Source: Saccostrea cucullata
Lineage: Eukaryota
NCBI RefSeq assembly: GCF_032062105.1
Contig: NW_026921433.1
Span: 62,001 to 126,000, forward strand
Direction of reading: 5' to 3'
DNA: 64,000 nucleotides
Within the stretch, counting starts at the first letter, position 1. Each line of letters begins with the position of its first letter. The position numbers were made by a program, and so were the translations under genes. Positions 1 through 13,799 of the stretch are shown in pieces. Below the pieces are notes generated by a model. The model was not told the origin of the DNA, searched no databases, and was given only the letters and a program-made list of their open reading frames with translations.

Positions 1-290
1 GAGAGCTGCTTATGTAAATTGTGCTTCAAAATCTGCTTGCATAGTCTTGAGTTAAGATACATTAGTTCAGCGGATAGCTGCTCATGTAAATTGTATAATA
101 AAATCTGGCTTGCATAGTCTTGAGTTGAGATACATGGCTTCAGCGCATTGCTGCTCATGTAAATTGTGTGTTAAAATCTGCTTGCATAGTCTTAGTTCAA
201 GATACATGAATTCAGCGGATAGCTGCTCATGTAAATTGTATGTTAAAAACTCTGCCTGCATTGTCTTGAGGTTGGATGAAGACCTACCTA
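1..290. repeat. ~72-bp minisatellite, about 4 copies visible, truncated by window start
   Basis: GCTGCTYATGTAAATTGT recurs at 5, 77, 150 and 222. Confidence 0.85.
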
Positions 291-2760
291 ATTTTACATA
301 TATACTAAACATTCCTTGCAGTGATTTTGGCTTCTCTTGATCCACAATTTAACAGCTAACAGGTGAATGTTAATGTCTTTGTTGCATCAGTACTTGTTAT
401 TTGTCAAGAACCCTAGTCTAAAATGTATGTGATATCATATGAACTTCAACTTCAATGTTGTTTTATATATTTAAAAAAAATACTTCAAAAAATGCTGTAA
501 ATTTCAGTATTTCTACTATTTTTATAAAAATGTTTTCTTTTGATTTTTCTCCTTGTTTGGCGTCAACCCCTCACTGCGTGACACTGCGTGAGGGCTTGTG
601 GCGCAATTGTTTGGACGCCTCCAAGGATTTACTCATTTATGTTATATTTTATGCATATTTACATGTACTCTGATATGTTCACTGCATGTAAATTTCTAGT
701 CAGTCTCAGGGGGATCACACTTGTACCTTTCACCTGTGTACATGTAACCTGTATTGTTTAATATTAGATGATCCCCCTTAATGATTTGTTATACATTTTA
801 CTATATGTCATTGAATAAAATGACATATTCGACAAAACTGCATATCTGTGTTTGGTTATTTTTCACTGCACTTTCAGGCTGATATTTCTCATAGGAGGCA
901 TAAATAACTTTCCATCACAATATGACGGTCTTTTTATATTATTTAGAAGTATAAAAACTTGTTAATTCGCGAGTAAGATGATTTCCTATATCCATATCCC
1001 CTTAAACTCTGTTGCAAGGAGATCCTGAATTAGTAGGAATAATAAATGTTGAAAAATAAACGACCCGACCCCCCTCCCCTCGGGTCAAATTTCCACCCAG
1101 GCAAAATTCAGCGTTACTTGTTCCCTTAATATTCGCTCCTATGAACTTGACCTTTATTTTAAAACAAATGCATTGAATTTTTTTTTCTTGAGATAAACAA
1201 TTGTTCTGAGAATACTCATCACGATAAGATCGATGCCACTATGATACAATTATTAAATAAATGTTGGTTTTAAGCGCACATACTTTAATATGTGTAAACA
1301 TATAATTGATTCAATATATATTAGTAAACACCTAATTTTTCCCTTTAAATTATGTTTAAATAGATGGGAATCAGTTGACAAGATAATTGATAAGCTAGGT
1401 TAAGTATATCTTATTTCTTTTTGGCCTTGACAATATCTTTGTTTGTATAGAACAAGAAGAAAAGAAATATCTCTTAATTGGAACTGTACCCTTTAGGAGG
1501 GAACACTCGACGGTCTTGAATAATTTGACTCATTGTACTGTATTATTTCTAAATGCTACTTTTGTTAAGACTTATGAAAGATCTATGACCACGTATTTTA
1601 ATAACAATGTTATTCAAAGAGAATATCACCTATTTCGAGTTATCAAAATTTGGGTATTTATTTGCAGACGCCAACATAATATACATATATAATGAACAAA
1701 CATAATATAAATGAATATTTACCGATATGACCAACTTTTGAAGGAAAGATAGACATAGTTGCTTCCGGTATTAACAAATAACTGGTACATGTACATGTAA
1801 CGTCTACCAGAAATTACCTACAAAGATCAAATTAATTTTATTATTACATATTTCAGAATAGCATTTGGATGTTGATTATCATAATAATAAAATGAAATTA
1901 TCATTTTTGACCTTAACTATAAGTTTTTTTAAAATAATTACATAAAGGTTAAAAAAAAAGTTTTTAACAAATTAAATTAAAATAACTTTTTTTTTGGTAT
2001 TCGTTTGTACAGAAATTACTATTGTCTATTGTATCTTTTGTAGAGACTGACAACAATGCATGACCCCCAGGATCGAAGTTATGATAATGCGAATACACTA
2101 TATTTAATCGATAAGTTTTAATTTTGACTTTGTCCAAAATGATCCAAAAATGATCGATTATGTTTCCGTTCAAAAAAGATGTGCATGTTACATATAAACG
2201 AGTATATTGATTATATTTCTCACAGAATGTGTAAATTCCACAGTTTACAGTTACATTCATAACACTGCACAGACTTAATCAGTTTAATGCTGTAGATTTT
2301 TTGGTATACCGGGTACATACATTTACACGAATCGTTCGGATAGTTCAATTTTTATCAATAATACTGTCAGCTTAAGGACAAATGATGCAAACAAACTTAT
2401 GTCAAAAAATTTGAAAATTTACACCTCCTGTTTTGTTCAAATGAGTAAATGAATAAGTTTCACAGCGTAGTTTTTATTTTTTTGATTCAAAATTTCACGA
2501 AAATGGGAATTGAAGTGGGTTTCTTTGTAAAGATTAATTAGGATGTTTTCCGAAGGGCAGAATTTGAACATCACAGATCCAGAGGGTTAACAATTTCTTT
2601 ATATTCTAGAAAATGTTCATTTGTTTCATTTGCATTGATATCAGGCCAAAAAAATATATATCGAGCCAGACATCCATTTTTTGTTCGTACCATCTGTCCT
2701 TAAAACACAGAACCAATTAGGATATTATTAGTTTGTAAATTATCGCATACTTCTTCTTAT

Positions 2761-3664
2761 TAGTGATGTGAAAAATTGCCTATAAATGATATTCGAATAT
2801 TCGATAGGAGTATTCGAATTTATTCCAATATTCGATAAAATAAATACATTAATCATTTATAAAATATATATTTCACTCTCCTGTCAATTAGTGCATTTTT
2901 ATGTCATTATTTTGGAATAAAATTTCACGTAGAATTCCGTAAATGCAAAGTAATTACATATATATTTTTTAAAAGTTTACAGAATATATGTTCAAAGAGT
3001 ATAATCCAAAAAGTAATTAAAATTTGTTTTTGATTAATTTAACTTTTACCAAAGTCTACACTAATTACTCCTACCAATTTATACCACGCTAAACAATTAT
3101 CTACTGAAGAGAAATTAAAACCAGTTAATTTAAGCTAATTAAATTCCTGATAATTATTTTTAATGATATATACTAATACATAAACAAGTGATCCATGTGC
3201 TTTCTGTACACCTGTGTCCTTACAACAACACAAACTGATTGTAAGTATTTGGAACTGTTATACCACTAATTAAATGATCAAAGAATTATTTATTGCAATA
3301 GTTACACTCTTCACATGTTTAAAGAATTCCATCAGGACGGTCGGCAGGGGATGCCTACATCTCCATGGCACCTGATCCCACCTCTGTTGTTTCGGGGGTC
3401 AGTGTTTGCTCTGCTCTTATTTTATTTGTTTTATGGACTTTGAGATTGAATACTGTTCGTTATCTCCATATCCTTCCTTTTATTTTTTTTAATCAAATCT
3501 TATTCCTAGTTAATAGTACGAACTTGATAAATACCAAATGATGCTTGACAGAATTTTCACTCTAATGAATGATTGTAGTCTTAAATACCGAATACTCAAA
3601 TCATATATTTATATTCGAATATCAACTCATCGAATAGATTTTAGAATATTCGCTGACATCCCTA
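2761..3664. mobile_element. Degenerate hAT-like non-autonomous element
   Basis: Ends TAGTGATGTG...GACATCCCTA (TAGGGATG-type TIR); subterminal ATATTCGAAT repeats at both ends; imperfect 8-bp flanks CTTCTTAT/CTTTTTAC. Confidence 0.55.
3335..3478 (+). repeat. Dispersed repeat (GGCACCTGATCCCACCTCTG core), probably a Penelope-like element 3' end
   Basis: Diverged homologues at ~5855-5930(-), 18142-18245(+), 29300-29370(-), 29550-29697(+), 50353-50480(-), 62795-62865(-). Family assignment is from recall of oyster repeats. Confidence 0.6.
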
Positions 3665-4915
3665 CTTTTTACTATAGAAAAACGTGGTATAAATCCAAAA
3701 ATAGATAATATTAAATACCAAACCAAGAATATGATGAAATTAAGATTCCTGAAGCTCATATATTTCTGAAATTTTGGGTGCTATGTAAACGAAATTCATT
3801 TCTTTAATCAGAATCTTATTTATATTGCATTGATTATATGTTTTCAATTGATGCCCCTAAAACAATTAATGATTTGTTTTAATACATACCATTTGAAAAT
3901 GTTTGATTTGGTAATTTTTCCTACTTTCGAATTGCCATTTTGGAATTTCCAGTCGTAACTGCATTAAAAAGGTATAAACATGTTTGCGTTGTTTTAAAGT
4001 TTTTAAAGGTTTTTTTAAAATGTCCTCTAGTAGATAAAGAGCAGTTTCATATTTCGGTTTTTAAATCCCATCGAAGACACGGTTGGCAAAAATTCGTTGA
4101 AACGTATACACGTCAACTTGAAATCCTCTCTTGTTGATTTATAATTAGTTGCATTTCATATCTACAAGGTGTTAAGATAGTTCTTTCTTTATTTTTCTCA
4201 GTCTCAAAAGGAAATACAATGAGATTTTTAAAATGTGTGATATTTCATGTTCACATAGTACTACTATGCTACTTATAACGTTGTAATTCTGTATAATTAC
4301 TTATAAGTGTACGTTGAGAAAGATCGTAAACTCATACATTTTTTATGGCCTTCAGATCGAACTTATTGATTAACTGTACACAACTATCAAGTTAAAATGC
4401 TAAGCTTGCAGTCATCATGTAATTAAATAAGCTGAAATCCCTTGATAAAGCTTAAAATGATACAAAACATTTGGCTTTATTTAAAAAAAAAACGCTAATA
4501 AACTTGAGCTGATCTCTAAGAGGACCAGTTTCCAATTTTTGATCGATGGAAACTCAAGCCATTAAAATACATAATTCATTATAGAAGACCAACCTTGGCT
4601 CAATACCTCTTGAACAAAACGTATTTTTATCAAAAGGGCTTAATGATGAATTAAATTTCGTACAAACCCGTATTTATAGCCCGAAAGATGTTTCAAAAAA
4701 ATACCTTATTACTTATATTTACATTTGTGACTTATTCATACTTTATACTTGTCTGATTGTGACTTTTAATGTGTGAAATGCATTATTTTTCAAACCCAAC
4801 GGCATGTATTTTATCCACTGAACTCACGTAGCCCTTTTATGACGTCACTGAGAAATTACGTCGAACGATTATCTATACGCAAATCTATGACCTCTTGACC
4901 CCATACCTGTATTTA

Positions 4916-5409
4916 CAGTAAAACTCGGTTATAGCGAAGTCCTTGGGACCTGTGAATTTAATTCGCTATATCCGTAATTCGTTATATCATTAAAACGAAT
5001 TCATATAGCCATTATAGCGAATTCGCAATATGCATATTTCCTTCAAGTATTACTACCAAGTATGTTAGGGAAGTAAATATTACAAAACATAATTTATTAT
5101 CTTCGATAACTAGGGTATTATTATGAATTGGATTTTATATATAAATGCTAAAAGGAAATAAAGTCAGTTCAATTTATCAATTTTTTAAATAATCTTTGAA
5201 AGTTCGTTATAAACGATGTGAATTTAATTATATTCAACCTCAATGGGACTCAAAATCAGTTCGCTATATCCGTAAATTCGTTTTATCAGAGTTCGTTACA
5301 ACCGTAAAATTTTACAAAGATTTGTTACGAATTTTGCCGGGGACCCAGAAAAACTTCGCTATATCCGTGAATTCGCTATATCCGTGTTCGTACTAAACGA
5401 GTTTTACTG
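4916..5409. mobile_element. Tc1/mariner (pogo-like) MITE
   Basis: TIRs CAGTAAAACTCG...CGAGTTTTACTG, TA on both sides (4914-4915, 5410-5411), internal TTCGCTATATCCGT repeats. Confidence 0.85.
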
Positions 5410-6067
5410 TATACAGTTATAGATACGCATTGCTTTCAGTAGTGTTATATAAAGGAAAACATTTGCAAATGTAAATATAATGAAATAACTAAAATTGTAC
5501 CATCAACTATATCCCGTGTATTAATTGAAATTATGAAGAATTTATGGCTAAACATCAAGCTCAAAATATTTAGACTCCTGAAGCATTATTTGATACAATT
5601 TAACTCATCGATCATCTTGAAACCTTTGATGAAAACTATATAAGATCTCTGTACGAGTCCATTCCCCGTCAAAGTTTAGTTGTAATCAAGTCAAAGGACA
5701 ACATCAATAGGTATTAATAAGGTTCTTTAATTTTTACACATTAAATATATATTGTTTATTTTTTGCAAAGAGCGCTGTGCTGAGCCTCTGGGTCCAATGT
5801 CTTTTTAATAAGGGCGTGTGATATTGATTATGAAACATATGGCGATAACAAACAAAAGTAGGATCAGGTGCAATGGAGGAGTGAGCATCCCCTGCCGACC
5901 GGTCATACCTGCCATTAGCTGCGTGTCATGGTCAGGAAATAACAGAAATGTCCGTCTTCAGGTTGAATCACTGCTGAAACTCCAAAATTTCCAAACTGAT
6001 AAGAAGTCACTTCAGTAAGTTGTGTGTCTGTGTTGTGTAAGTAGTAAGTGGTTTCAGTGTAAAATTT

Positions 6068-6550
6068 GTGTACTTACTTAAGCGCTATGATCTTACTGAG
6101 GATGGGTTTAAGCGAAAATTTAGATCTTCCAGGCCAGTAGAAGGTGAAACTTTCATTCAGTTTTCTGTGAGACTTAGTAGTTATATGCAAAGATGGTTGA
6201 GAATGGTAAACATTGCTGAAACTGAAGCTTTCTTTGATTTGGTTCTAAGAGATCAGTTTTTGCATGTTTATAATAGGGATTTAACTCTTTTCCTAAAAGA
6301 GCGAATACCAAAATCCATTCAAGACATGGCTAATTTAGCAGATCAATACCGTGAAGCAAGGTTGGCTAATGCTGTAACATTCACTGGCGACAAAAGCAAT
6401 GATTACCGCCCAAAAAAGAAGGATCGACACGATCATGATAGTCACAGAAATGGTAAAGGTGAGAGAAAATATCAAGCTAAGCCTTCGTTTATTCCAAAAT
6501 CAGAAAGACGATGCTATGTATGTCATAAGCAGAAACAAGCCAAAGGTTAG
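6068..6550 (+). pseudogene. Gag remnant of Gmr1-type element (SCAN-related capsid plus zinc knuckle)
   Basis: LLKRYDLTEDGFKRKFRSSRP...ETFIQFSVRLSSYMQRW...RDQFL; RRCYVCHK. Confidence 0.75.
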
Positions 6551-6763
6551 TTCAGTTACTCATAAGCAATCGGAGTATTCTGTAAATGAGGAAACTAAAA
6601 AAAGGTGAAACCGTCGCCAAGGTACGTTTCGGTACTTCTTTACCAACAGCCAAATTAATGTAACAAATTTTAACGCAGGTGACTTTTCAATTCAGATCTC
6701 TTCATCTTGCTATCAGAAGCAAAATAACTTGCCTATTTCAGCTGGATATGCCGAAGGTAACCT

Positions 6764-9700
6764 GTGACAGTTTTGAGAGACACGGAGTGTACTGGTATAG
6801 TTGTGAGAAAAAGCAAGGTTGATGAGGATAAGTTCATTAGAAACAAGTTTCAAACCTGCATTCTAGCAGATGGATCTTCAGTCAAGGTATCTGTAGCTAC
6901 TATTTCTATCGATACACCATATATTACAGGAACTTTTGATGGTTGGTGCATGGATAACCCTATTTATGATCTCATCATCGGCAAATTCGATAAGGTAAGA
7001 TCACCTGATGACCCAGATCCGCTGTGGACTGAAGTACATGCTGTGGAGACTCGCCAACAAGTCAAGAAAAAACAGAAACCGTGTCCTCAACTTCATGTCC
7101 CAGAGATTTTAAAAGACACTATAAGACCAGAAGATATTAAGATTGCACAGGAGAGAGACGAAACCCTTGGAAAGATTCGTCAATGGGCAGCAGCAGACCA
7201 GGAGGTACTGAAACGGAGAGGAAAAATAAGTTGGTTTCTGAAAAGCGGATTAATCTACCGTAAGTATCAATCAACAGATGAGAACGGTAAGATTTTTATT
7301 CAACTTGTGGAACCACAAAAATTTAGAGAGGTTGTAATGAATTTGGCGCACCAATTCATTATATCAAGACATTTAGCCACTTGTTGTACAACTTCTAGGA
7401 TTCTTACAGAATTTTGTTGGCCTGGAATACAGTCTAAGATAAAGCGTTTCTGTCGCTCATGCGATATTTGTCAGAGAACAGTGCACAAAGGCCGTGTTAC
7501 TAGATATCCTTTGCAGAAGATGCCTCTCATAGACGAAGTGTTTAAAGGGGTCGCAGTAGATATCTCTGGACCAATCCATCCAGTCACAGATAAAGGAAAC
7601 AGGTATGTACTCACTTTAGTTGATTTCGCATCTAGGTATCCAGAAGCCATTCCTCTGGCAACAATAGAAACTGAGAGAGTTGCGGAGGGACTCTTGGAGA
7701 TCTTTTCAAGGATGGGTATACCTGACGAAATATTGAGTGATATGGGTAGTCAGTTCACATCAGCTTTCATGAGAGAGGTACGAGGGACGTTCAATAAATA
7801 ATGTCAGTAGCTCGATGACATACAACATAGTAGTCATATGACATAAAGCTTGACTTTTTCTCATTATCGAATCTTCAATGAATTTATAACAGTTTATGTG
7901 ACCACTTTTCATCACATAGTTTTATCGTGAGAAGCTGGGAAACAAGGGCGATTCGAGACACTGCATTATAAATGAATGGTAAAAACATTAAACTAGAGTG
8001 AAAAAAAGGTACATTAAGGCTGCTGTAAAACTTAATAAATTCCCAAAGAAATATTCCCTGAAATATGTGACATTTACAGCAACCGATGCCTGTTTTGTAG
8101 ACAAATGAACAGGTGGATTTCAATGATAAAAAATTATATAATAGGCATCAATAATGGGTACCCTCCTTGCCAACAAAAATTATAACAACTTATGTACTGT
8201 ATGCCAAATTTGAACAAATAATATTTGATGGTGTATGATTGACTTTAAGACACATAGCAAATTTGATAGATATCATATCGGGAGTAGTTTACACTGTTTT
8301 TAAGAAACGTTTGACAGTTATTAAGCTTGGTACTCTAAGGTCACCCTGTATTTTGAAAAAATGAGTGAAAACGACAGCGTGTACAAAAGTCTTAACAATT
8401 ATTTAAAAATATCAGTTATTGTAGTAATCCACGTTTGTTTTATATTCAAACAGATATTGGAACATGAATCTATTGCTTAAAACCATTAAAACAAAATTTA
8501 ACATAAGATGTACTCAATAAAAACGGCGAAGGTCTGTCAAGTGCAAAGGTTTGCAAAAGCACAAAGACAGATTTATATGCAATTTTCTTAAATATTAGTG
8601 ATATTGTTGTTCAAATTGGTATTCGGGGAGACAGTTTAATATCTTGAGGTGTCTAGAAAGCAGTTTTTTTTTTGCAAAAAAAATCGAAAGCTTTATCAGA
8701 GAAAGGACCCAGAATCAGGAATCCACTACATTGAATTCCTTCATGACATCGTTCAAAACCGCATGCCCTAAAGAGTAAAGGGGTTTTCGGGATAAACAGA
8801 AAGTTAATGTTTTTTTTCACATTAACAAAATTTGCCAGACCTTTGACCCTTTGACTTGTTTCTATTTCCAAACTTGAAAAAAAACACCTTTCAGAAGGAA
8901 AAAACAAGTCTAGGAAATCATTGGATCTGCCATTTTCCAGTATCCTAAGGGTCATACCCAAAAATGAGTTCTAAAAACAATCAGAAATTGGAAAAAAAAT
9001 GTTTCGGACATGTGTTTGAATTAAAAGAGATTAATAAGTAAAATCATGAAGACTAAATAATTGAAAAGCGTCGTTTGCTTCTTTCTGAGCCCCAATGACA
9101 TTATTTATTGAACGCCCCTCGTAAATCGTTTGCTTTCAGTCAGACAGATAACCACAACACCTTATCATCCTATGACAAACGGAATGGTCGAAAGATTTAA
9201 TGGTACTCTCAAGCAAATGCTTAAACGAGTTTGTGCAGATCGTCCCCGAGATTAGGATAGATATATAAACCCAGTTTAATTTGCCTACCGAGAAGTCCCA
9301 TAAGAGAGTTTAGGGTTTTCCCCGTTTGAGTTAGTTTTTGGAAGGCATGTCAAGGGACCAGTAAGTATCCTCAAAGAACTGTCGACCAGAGATGTCGACG
9401 ATCCTCAGGTAAGAACAACCTACGAGTATGTATTGGACTTAAGGGAATGTCTAGAATCAACAGCTGCACTAGCGAGAGAAATCCCAGAGAAGGCATCTAA
9501 AAAACAGACAAAATACTACAACAAATCGGCAAGAACTAGACTTTTGAAAGTAAATGACAAGGTATTGGTTCTTTTACCGACAGATTCTAACCAATTATTA
9601 CAGCAGCGGAAGGGCCCCTTTAGCATCAAAAAGAAGGTAAACAAGGTAGATTACCAGATCAGCATGGGAGGTAAGTTATACACATTTCATATCAACATGT

Positions 9701-11240
9701 TGAAGAAATATCTTGACAGAACACTGCTCAAGAAGACTCAGATCATGACGTCAACGCAATTGTCAGCTCTGCTGTTATTGATTGTGCTGCAGATGAACAA
9801 GACGAGATAGACGATATTCCGAGTTCAGGAAATATTGAAAGACCATAAAGTGTCGATGTTAACCCAGAACTGTCAGATGACGATCGAAGGAAGTTTATTT
9901 CACTCCTGAATCAATTCTCAGATGTTCTCTCTGAAGTTCCAGGTAACACTCACTTGATTGAGCATGATATCAAAACTAATTCAGATCAACCAATCAGAAG
10001 TAAGTCATACTCAGTACCATTTGCAATGAGAGATACTGTGGATAAAGAGGTAGAGAAAATGCTTGAGTTGAAGGTTATTGAGCCCTCAGACAGTCCTTAT
10101 TGCTCACCAAATGTACGTGTTAAGAAAAATGGCAATTACGTTTCGCTTTTGTGTAGATTTTAGGGCAATTAACTCTAATTATTCTAAATTTGACGCTGAA
10201 CCAATGCCTAACGCTGAAGAGATTTTCTAAAAGTTTGTTAATCACAAAGTGTTTTCTAGACTAGATTTGTCCAAAGGTTACTGGCAAGTTCCACTCACTG
10301 CATCCTCAAAGCCAAAGACAGCCTTTCAAACATCCAAAGGTTTGCTTCAGTTCCGAGTTATGCCGTTTGGATTAGTAACAGCTCCAGCGATATTCTCAAG
10401 ACCTATGCTAAGTTACTTTATGGTATGCAGAACATTGACAATTTTATTGACGATGTCATCATTTTCACACCTGATTTTGACCAGCATCTGAAGATACGCG
10501 AGGAACTCTTCAGTAAATTGCGAGATGCAAATTTAACAGCCAAGCCATCAAAATGTTCGATAGGGTACAGCAGTTTGGAATGTCTTGGACATATTGTAGG
10601 TGAGGATAGACTAAAACCACATCCTGAAAAGGTAAGGGCTATTCAAGACGAAAGTAGACCAGAGACGGAACGCCAACTTAAATCTTTTCTTGGTTTGGTA
10701 AGTTTTTATAGGAAATTTGTTTTAAATTTCTCTGCAATTGCCATGCCCCTTACAGATCTCACAAAGAAAGGCGCTCCTAACAAAATAGTTTGGGACAAAC
10801 CACAGAAAACGCCTTTAATACTCTTAAGCAAATGCTTATACATTCACCCATCTTGAAACTTCCAGACTTTGCTAAACCATTCATTCTTCAGACAGATGCG
10901 TCAGAAGGTGATATTGGTGCCGTTCTTTTGCAGCTTGACGATGATATTGGGTTGAAACTTCCAGTAGCATACGCTAGCAGTAAACTGAAACCGAGCGAAT
11001 GTGAGTATTCAACCATTGAAAAAAATGTCTGGCCATAGTTTGGGCAATCAACAAATTCAAGTGTTACCTATATGGACAAGAATTTCTGATTGAGACAGAC
11101 CATCAACCCCTGATGTATCTCAACAAGACTGAAGTGATCAATTCCAGAGTGATGCGATGGGCGCTTAGTCTTCAGTTTTATAGGGATTGCAATCAGAGGG
11201 ATAGATAACCAGGGTGCTGATTATCTCAGTAGACTTTGAT
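6764..11240 (+). pseudogene. Pol remnant (protease, integrase, RT, RNase H) interrupted by a mariner
   Basis: ORF fragments 6764-7801, 9433-9810, 9954-10163, 10249-10491, 10425-10856 and 10790-11038 are successive pol segments. Confidence 0.85.
7781..9121 (+). mobile_element. Mariner element, 1341 bp, decayed transposase
   Basis: TIRs CGAGGGACGTTCAATAAATAATGTCA / TGACATTATTTATTGAACGCCCCTCG; TA duplication (7779-7780, 9122-9123); frameshifted transposase remnants LHD..., PDL..FDLFLFPNLKK, GSAIFQY at ~8740-8960. Confidence 0.9.
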
Positions 11241-12242
11241 TTTGTATATAGTTTTCTGAATTACAGAGACACTTGATTTTATTCATGTTGTAAATGTGTG
11301 TTCAAAAGTATTTTCATACTTATTCAAAGGAGGGAGGTATTGTCACATTTACTCTGTATATTTGTATGTATGTTTCTATTTACTTTAGCATCATATTCAG
11401 TTATCCTGTAGGGGACCTCTTTTATTTTATCATTTATGGAGCCTCAATTCTGCAAGGCTATTTAACGGGCACGGTTGAGTACATCACTCTTTTCCTGCCG
11501 TGTTACGCTAAAACATACACGGGTGATGATTATGTGAATTCCATCCTTAGCCAGTTAAATCTGAGATAATTTCAACAATATTTTTTAAGTAAAAGTTTGT
11601 ATCTCAGAGATCAAACCAGAGATCAAGTAAATTTTTTATACAATTGCTTTTAAAACCAGGTTAAATCAGTTGTATTGACAAAAACATGCGTGTATGTCTA
11701 ATTCATTTAAAGACGTCTCTCTTGTAAGACATATCGACTTATTTTCAAGACATTTCATTCTAAAACAAGTCAGTACCGAAATGTTGGGGCATTTATTTTT
11801 AAATAGGATATCATAAAATCAGAAAGAGAAAAGGGGAACCCGGAAGAGGATTTGTATTACTTATGCAATACTCTCAGAATGCTTGTTACCTATGACATAC
11901 ACATGTACAGTACAGTATACAATTGTTCAAAAAGACTTTGACCTCCTCTTACATATATTTTTTTTCATTTTATGAAAACGCATTAAATATTTTTTAATCA
12001 GATGATGTTGTCATCGCAACCTTTAAATAATAGAATGTAAATCATAAGGAAATGTTGTGTCACTTGAGGTCAATATATGTATATGTTAATAATACACTTA
12101 TTTCATAAACTTTTGATTTCAAAAACAATAGTTCTCCGAATAAAAAAATGGTTTCGTTTATCACACTTTGTTTCAGGTTATGTCAAGTTTTCAATTTTAA
12201 AGTTTCATTTTCGTAAAGCATGGTAAAAAGTATGTGTGTATG

Positions 12243-12447
12243 TACTGTAAATTTATATACATGCGAGGGGTCAAATTATCGTGGTTTGGGGTAAAGATAT
12301 GAGTTCTGGATTTTTCTGGATAAAGAATCGATGGTTAGTAATATAAATGAAAAAAAAATATTCATGGGGGACATACATTCGTGGGTATCTTCATACCTCG
12401 AAAACCACGAAAATTAAACCCACACGAAAACTAATAACTTCACAGTA
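12243..12447. mobile_element. Short MITE with TACTGT...ACAGTA ends
   Basis: Inverted ends with internal TTCGTGG/CCACGAA motifs; related copy at ~18735-18935. Confidence 0.6.
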
Positions 12448-12829
12448 TATTGAATTTATTTGTACCTAGTTTATAAATGCCAACAAAAACACTAAGTCTG
12501 TGTATTTTTTTGAAAAAAGTATTACCACAACGAAGAAATATGTTTTCTTATTATTTCTCGCATAATCACCAGTGTTAGATTGCCTTGTCTGGTGTGAGAC
12601 AGCAGTGTGAGATTTTTCTGTTACACTATATATTACTACGCCGCGAACGATAATATAAATATTCCTTTTTACATAAAGAAATTGTTACAATGTTTTAAAA
12701 TATCACACTAACTTAAAGTTTTGTTATTTATATAGAGGAAAATAAAACAAACATGATTTTATACACGTTTATTTTAATATATTGGCATTTGTTGGTCGTG
12801 GCATATTTTAAAGCAACAATTTAAATAAT

Positions 12830-13010
12830 TGAATAAATGTTGAATCAACTGTTTTTCAACATATAATCAACGTTGATTATCAATGTTGATTCAATGTTAA
12901 GACTTCAACGTTGATACAAATTTTCAAAATCTTACATAAAATCAATGTAGAATCAACATAGAAAAACAACGTTGATTCAAAGTTTATTCAATGTTGTGTG
13001 CTTGCTGGGA
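12830..13010. repeat. Remnant of a non-autonomous element with CAACGTTGA-rich palindromic repeats
   Basis: Multiple TCAACGTTGATTCAA-like units ending GTGTGCTTGCTGGG. Confidence 0.5.
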
Positions 13011-13799
13011 AGGGGGTGCCAAGCAGGGCGACCCCAAACAATTACAACAAGCAGCAGCAACAATCAACATGAAAGCAAAATATTACATGTACATGTACTT
13101 ATAATAAGCATAATAATGGCCGTTCCGGGTATACCGCAAACGGTAATTAACCTTACAATTAAATATTATGTACATGTATTTTAAATAAACTTTACAAGTT
13201 TATATGTATGTAGTTATCGTTCCGGCTTATCAAACCTCGAACGTAACTAAAGATATTTTAGCAAGCAAAGCAAGCACTGTCCATGACATTTGTTGGAAGC
13301 AGTACACATTTTGCACAGCAATTGAGTTTGTTTCAATCAATCAAAGCAGATCAATTCGTGAATTTGTTGAAAGCAGCACACATTTTCAAAGCAAATGAGT
13401 TTGTTTTAAGCAGCAGCATCACAATGAATTATAGCATCAGTTGAATGGCTCGGCGCAAACGCCACATGGCCTAAATCTTTGGAATCCACAGGTTTCGGTC
13501 ACCCCACAAAATGGGGAAGCCGCATTCAACCGACCCACGACCAACCGCCCTTAATGTCACCTATTTACTTGGGAAACTGAAATAGCCCCCCTGAAAATAA
13601 CTCTAGACCCACATACCTCCTAAGTTGATTACGTCTGTATAAGAAATAGACTGAAAATATGCAATTTGTGTCATAATTTATAGTAAACATGATGAATTAT
13701 ATGTAATAAAATTCAAAGAAACATTTATATGTAGACAAAATATTGTACCATCATAAAATTGGCTAATTCTGATTTACCTTTCTCAATTCAACAGCAGCA

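Larger units (their letters stand above)
6020..11450 (+). mobile_element. Decayed Gypsy LTR retrotransposon, Gmr1-type (gag-PR-INT-RT-RH)
   Basis: Gag 6068-6550 with a partial zinc knuckle (CYVCHK); protease VLRDTECTG ~6764; integrase (CRSCDICQ, VAVDISGP, ILSDMGSQF, YHPMTNGMVERFNGTLK, GPF); RT (LDLSKGYWQV, MPFGL, FIDD); RNase H (LQTDAS, YSTIEK); purine tract AAAGGAGGGAGG then TGTCACA at 11341 (likely 3' LTR start). Many stops and frameshifts; no 5' LTR seen; right boundary approximate. Confidence 0.9.
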
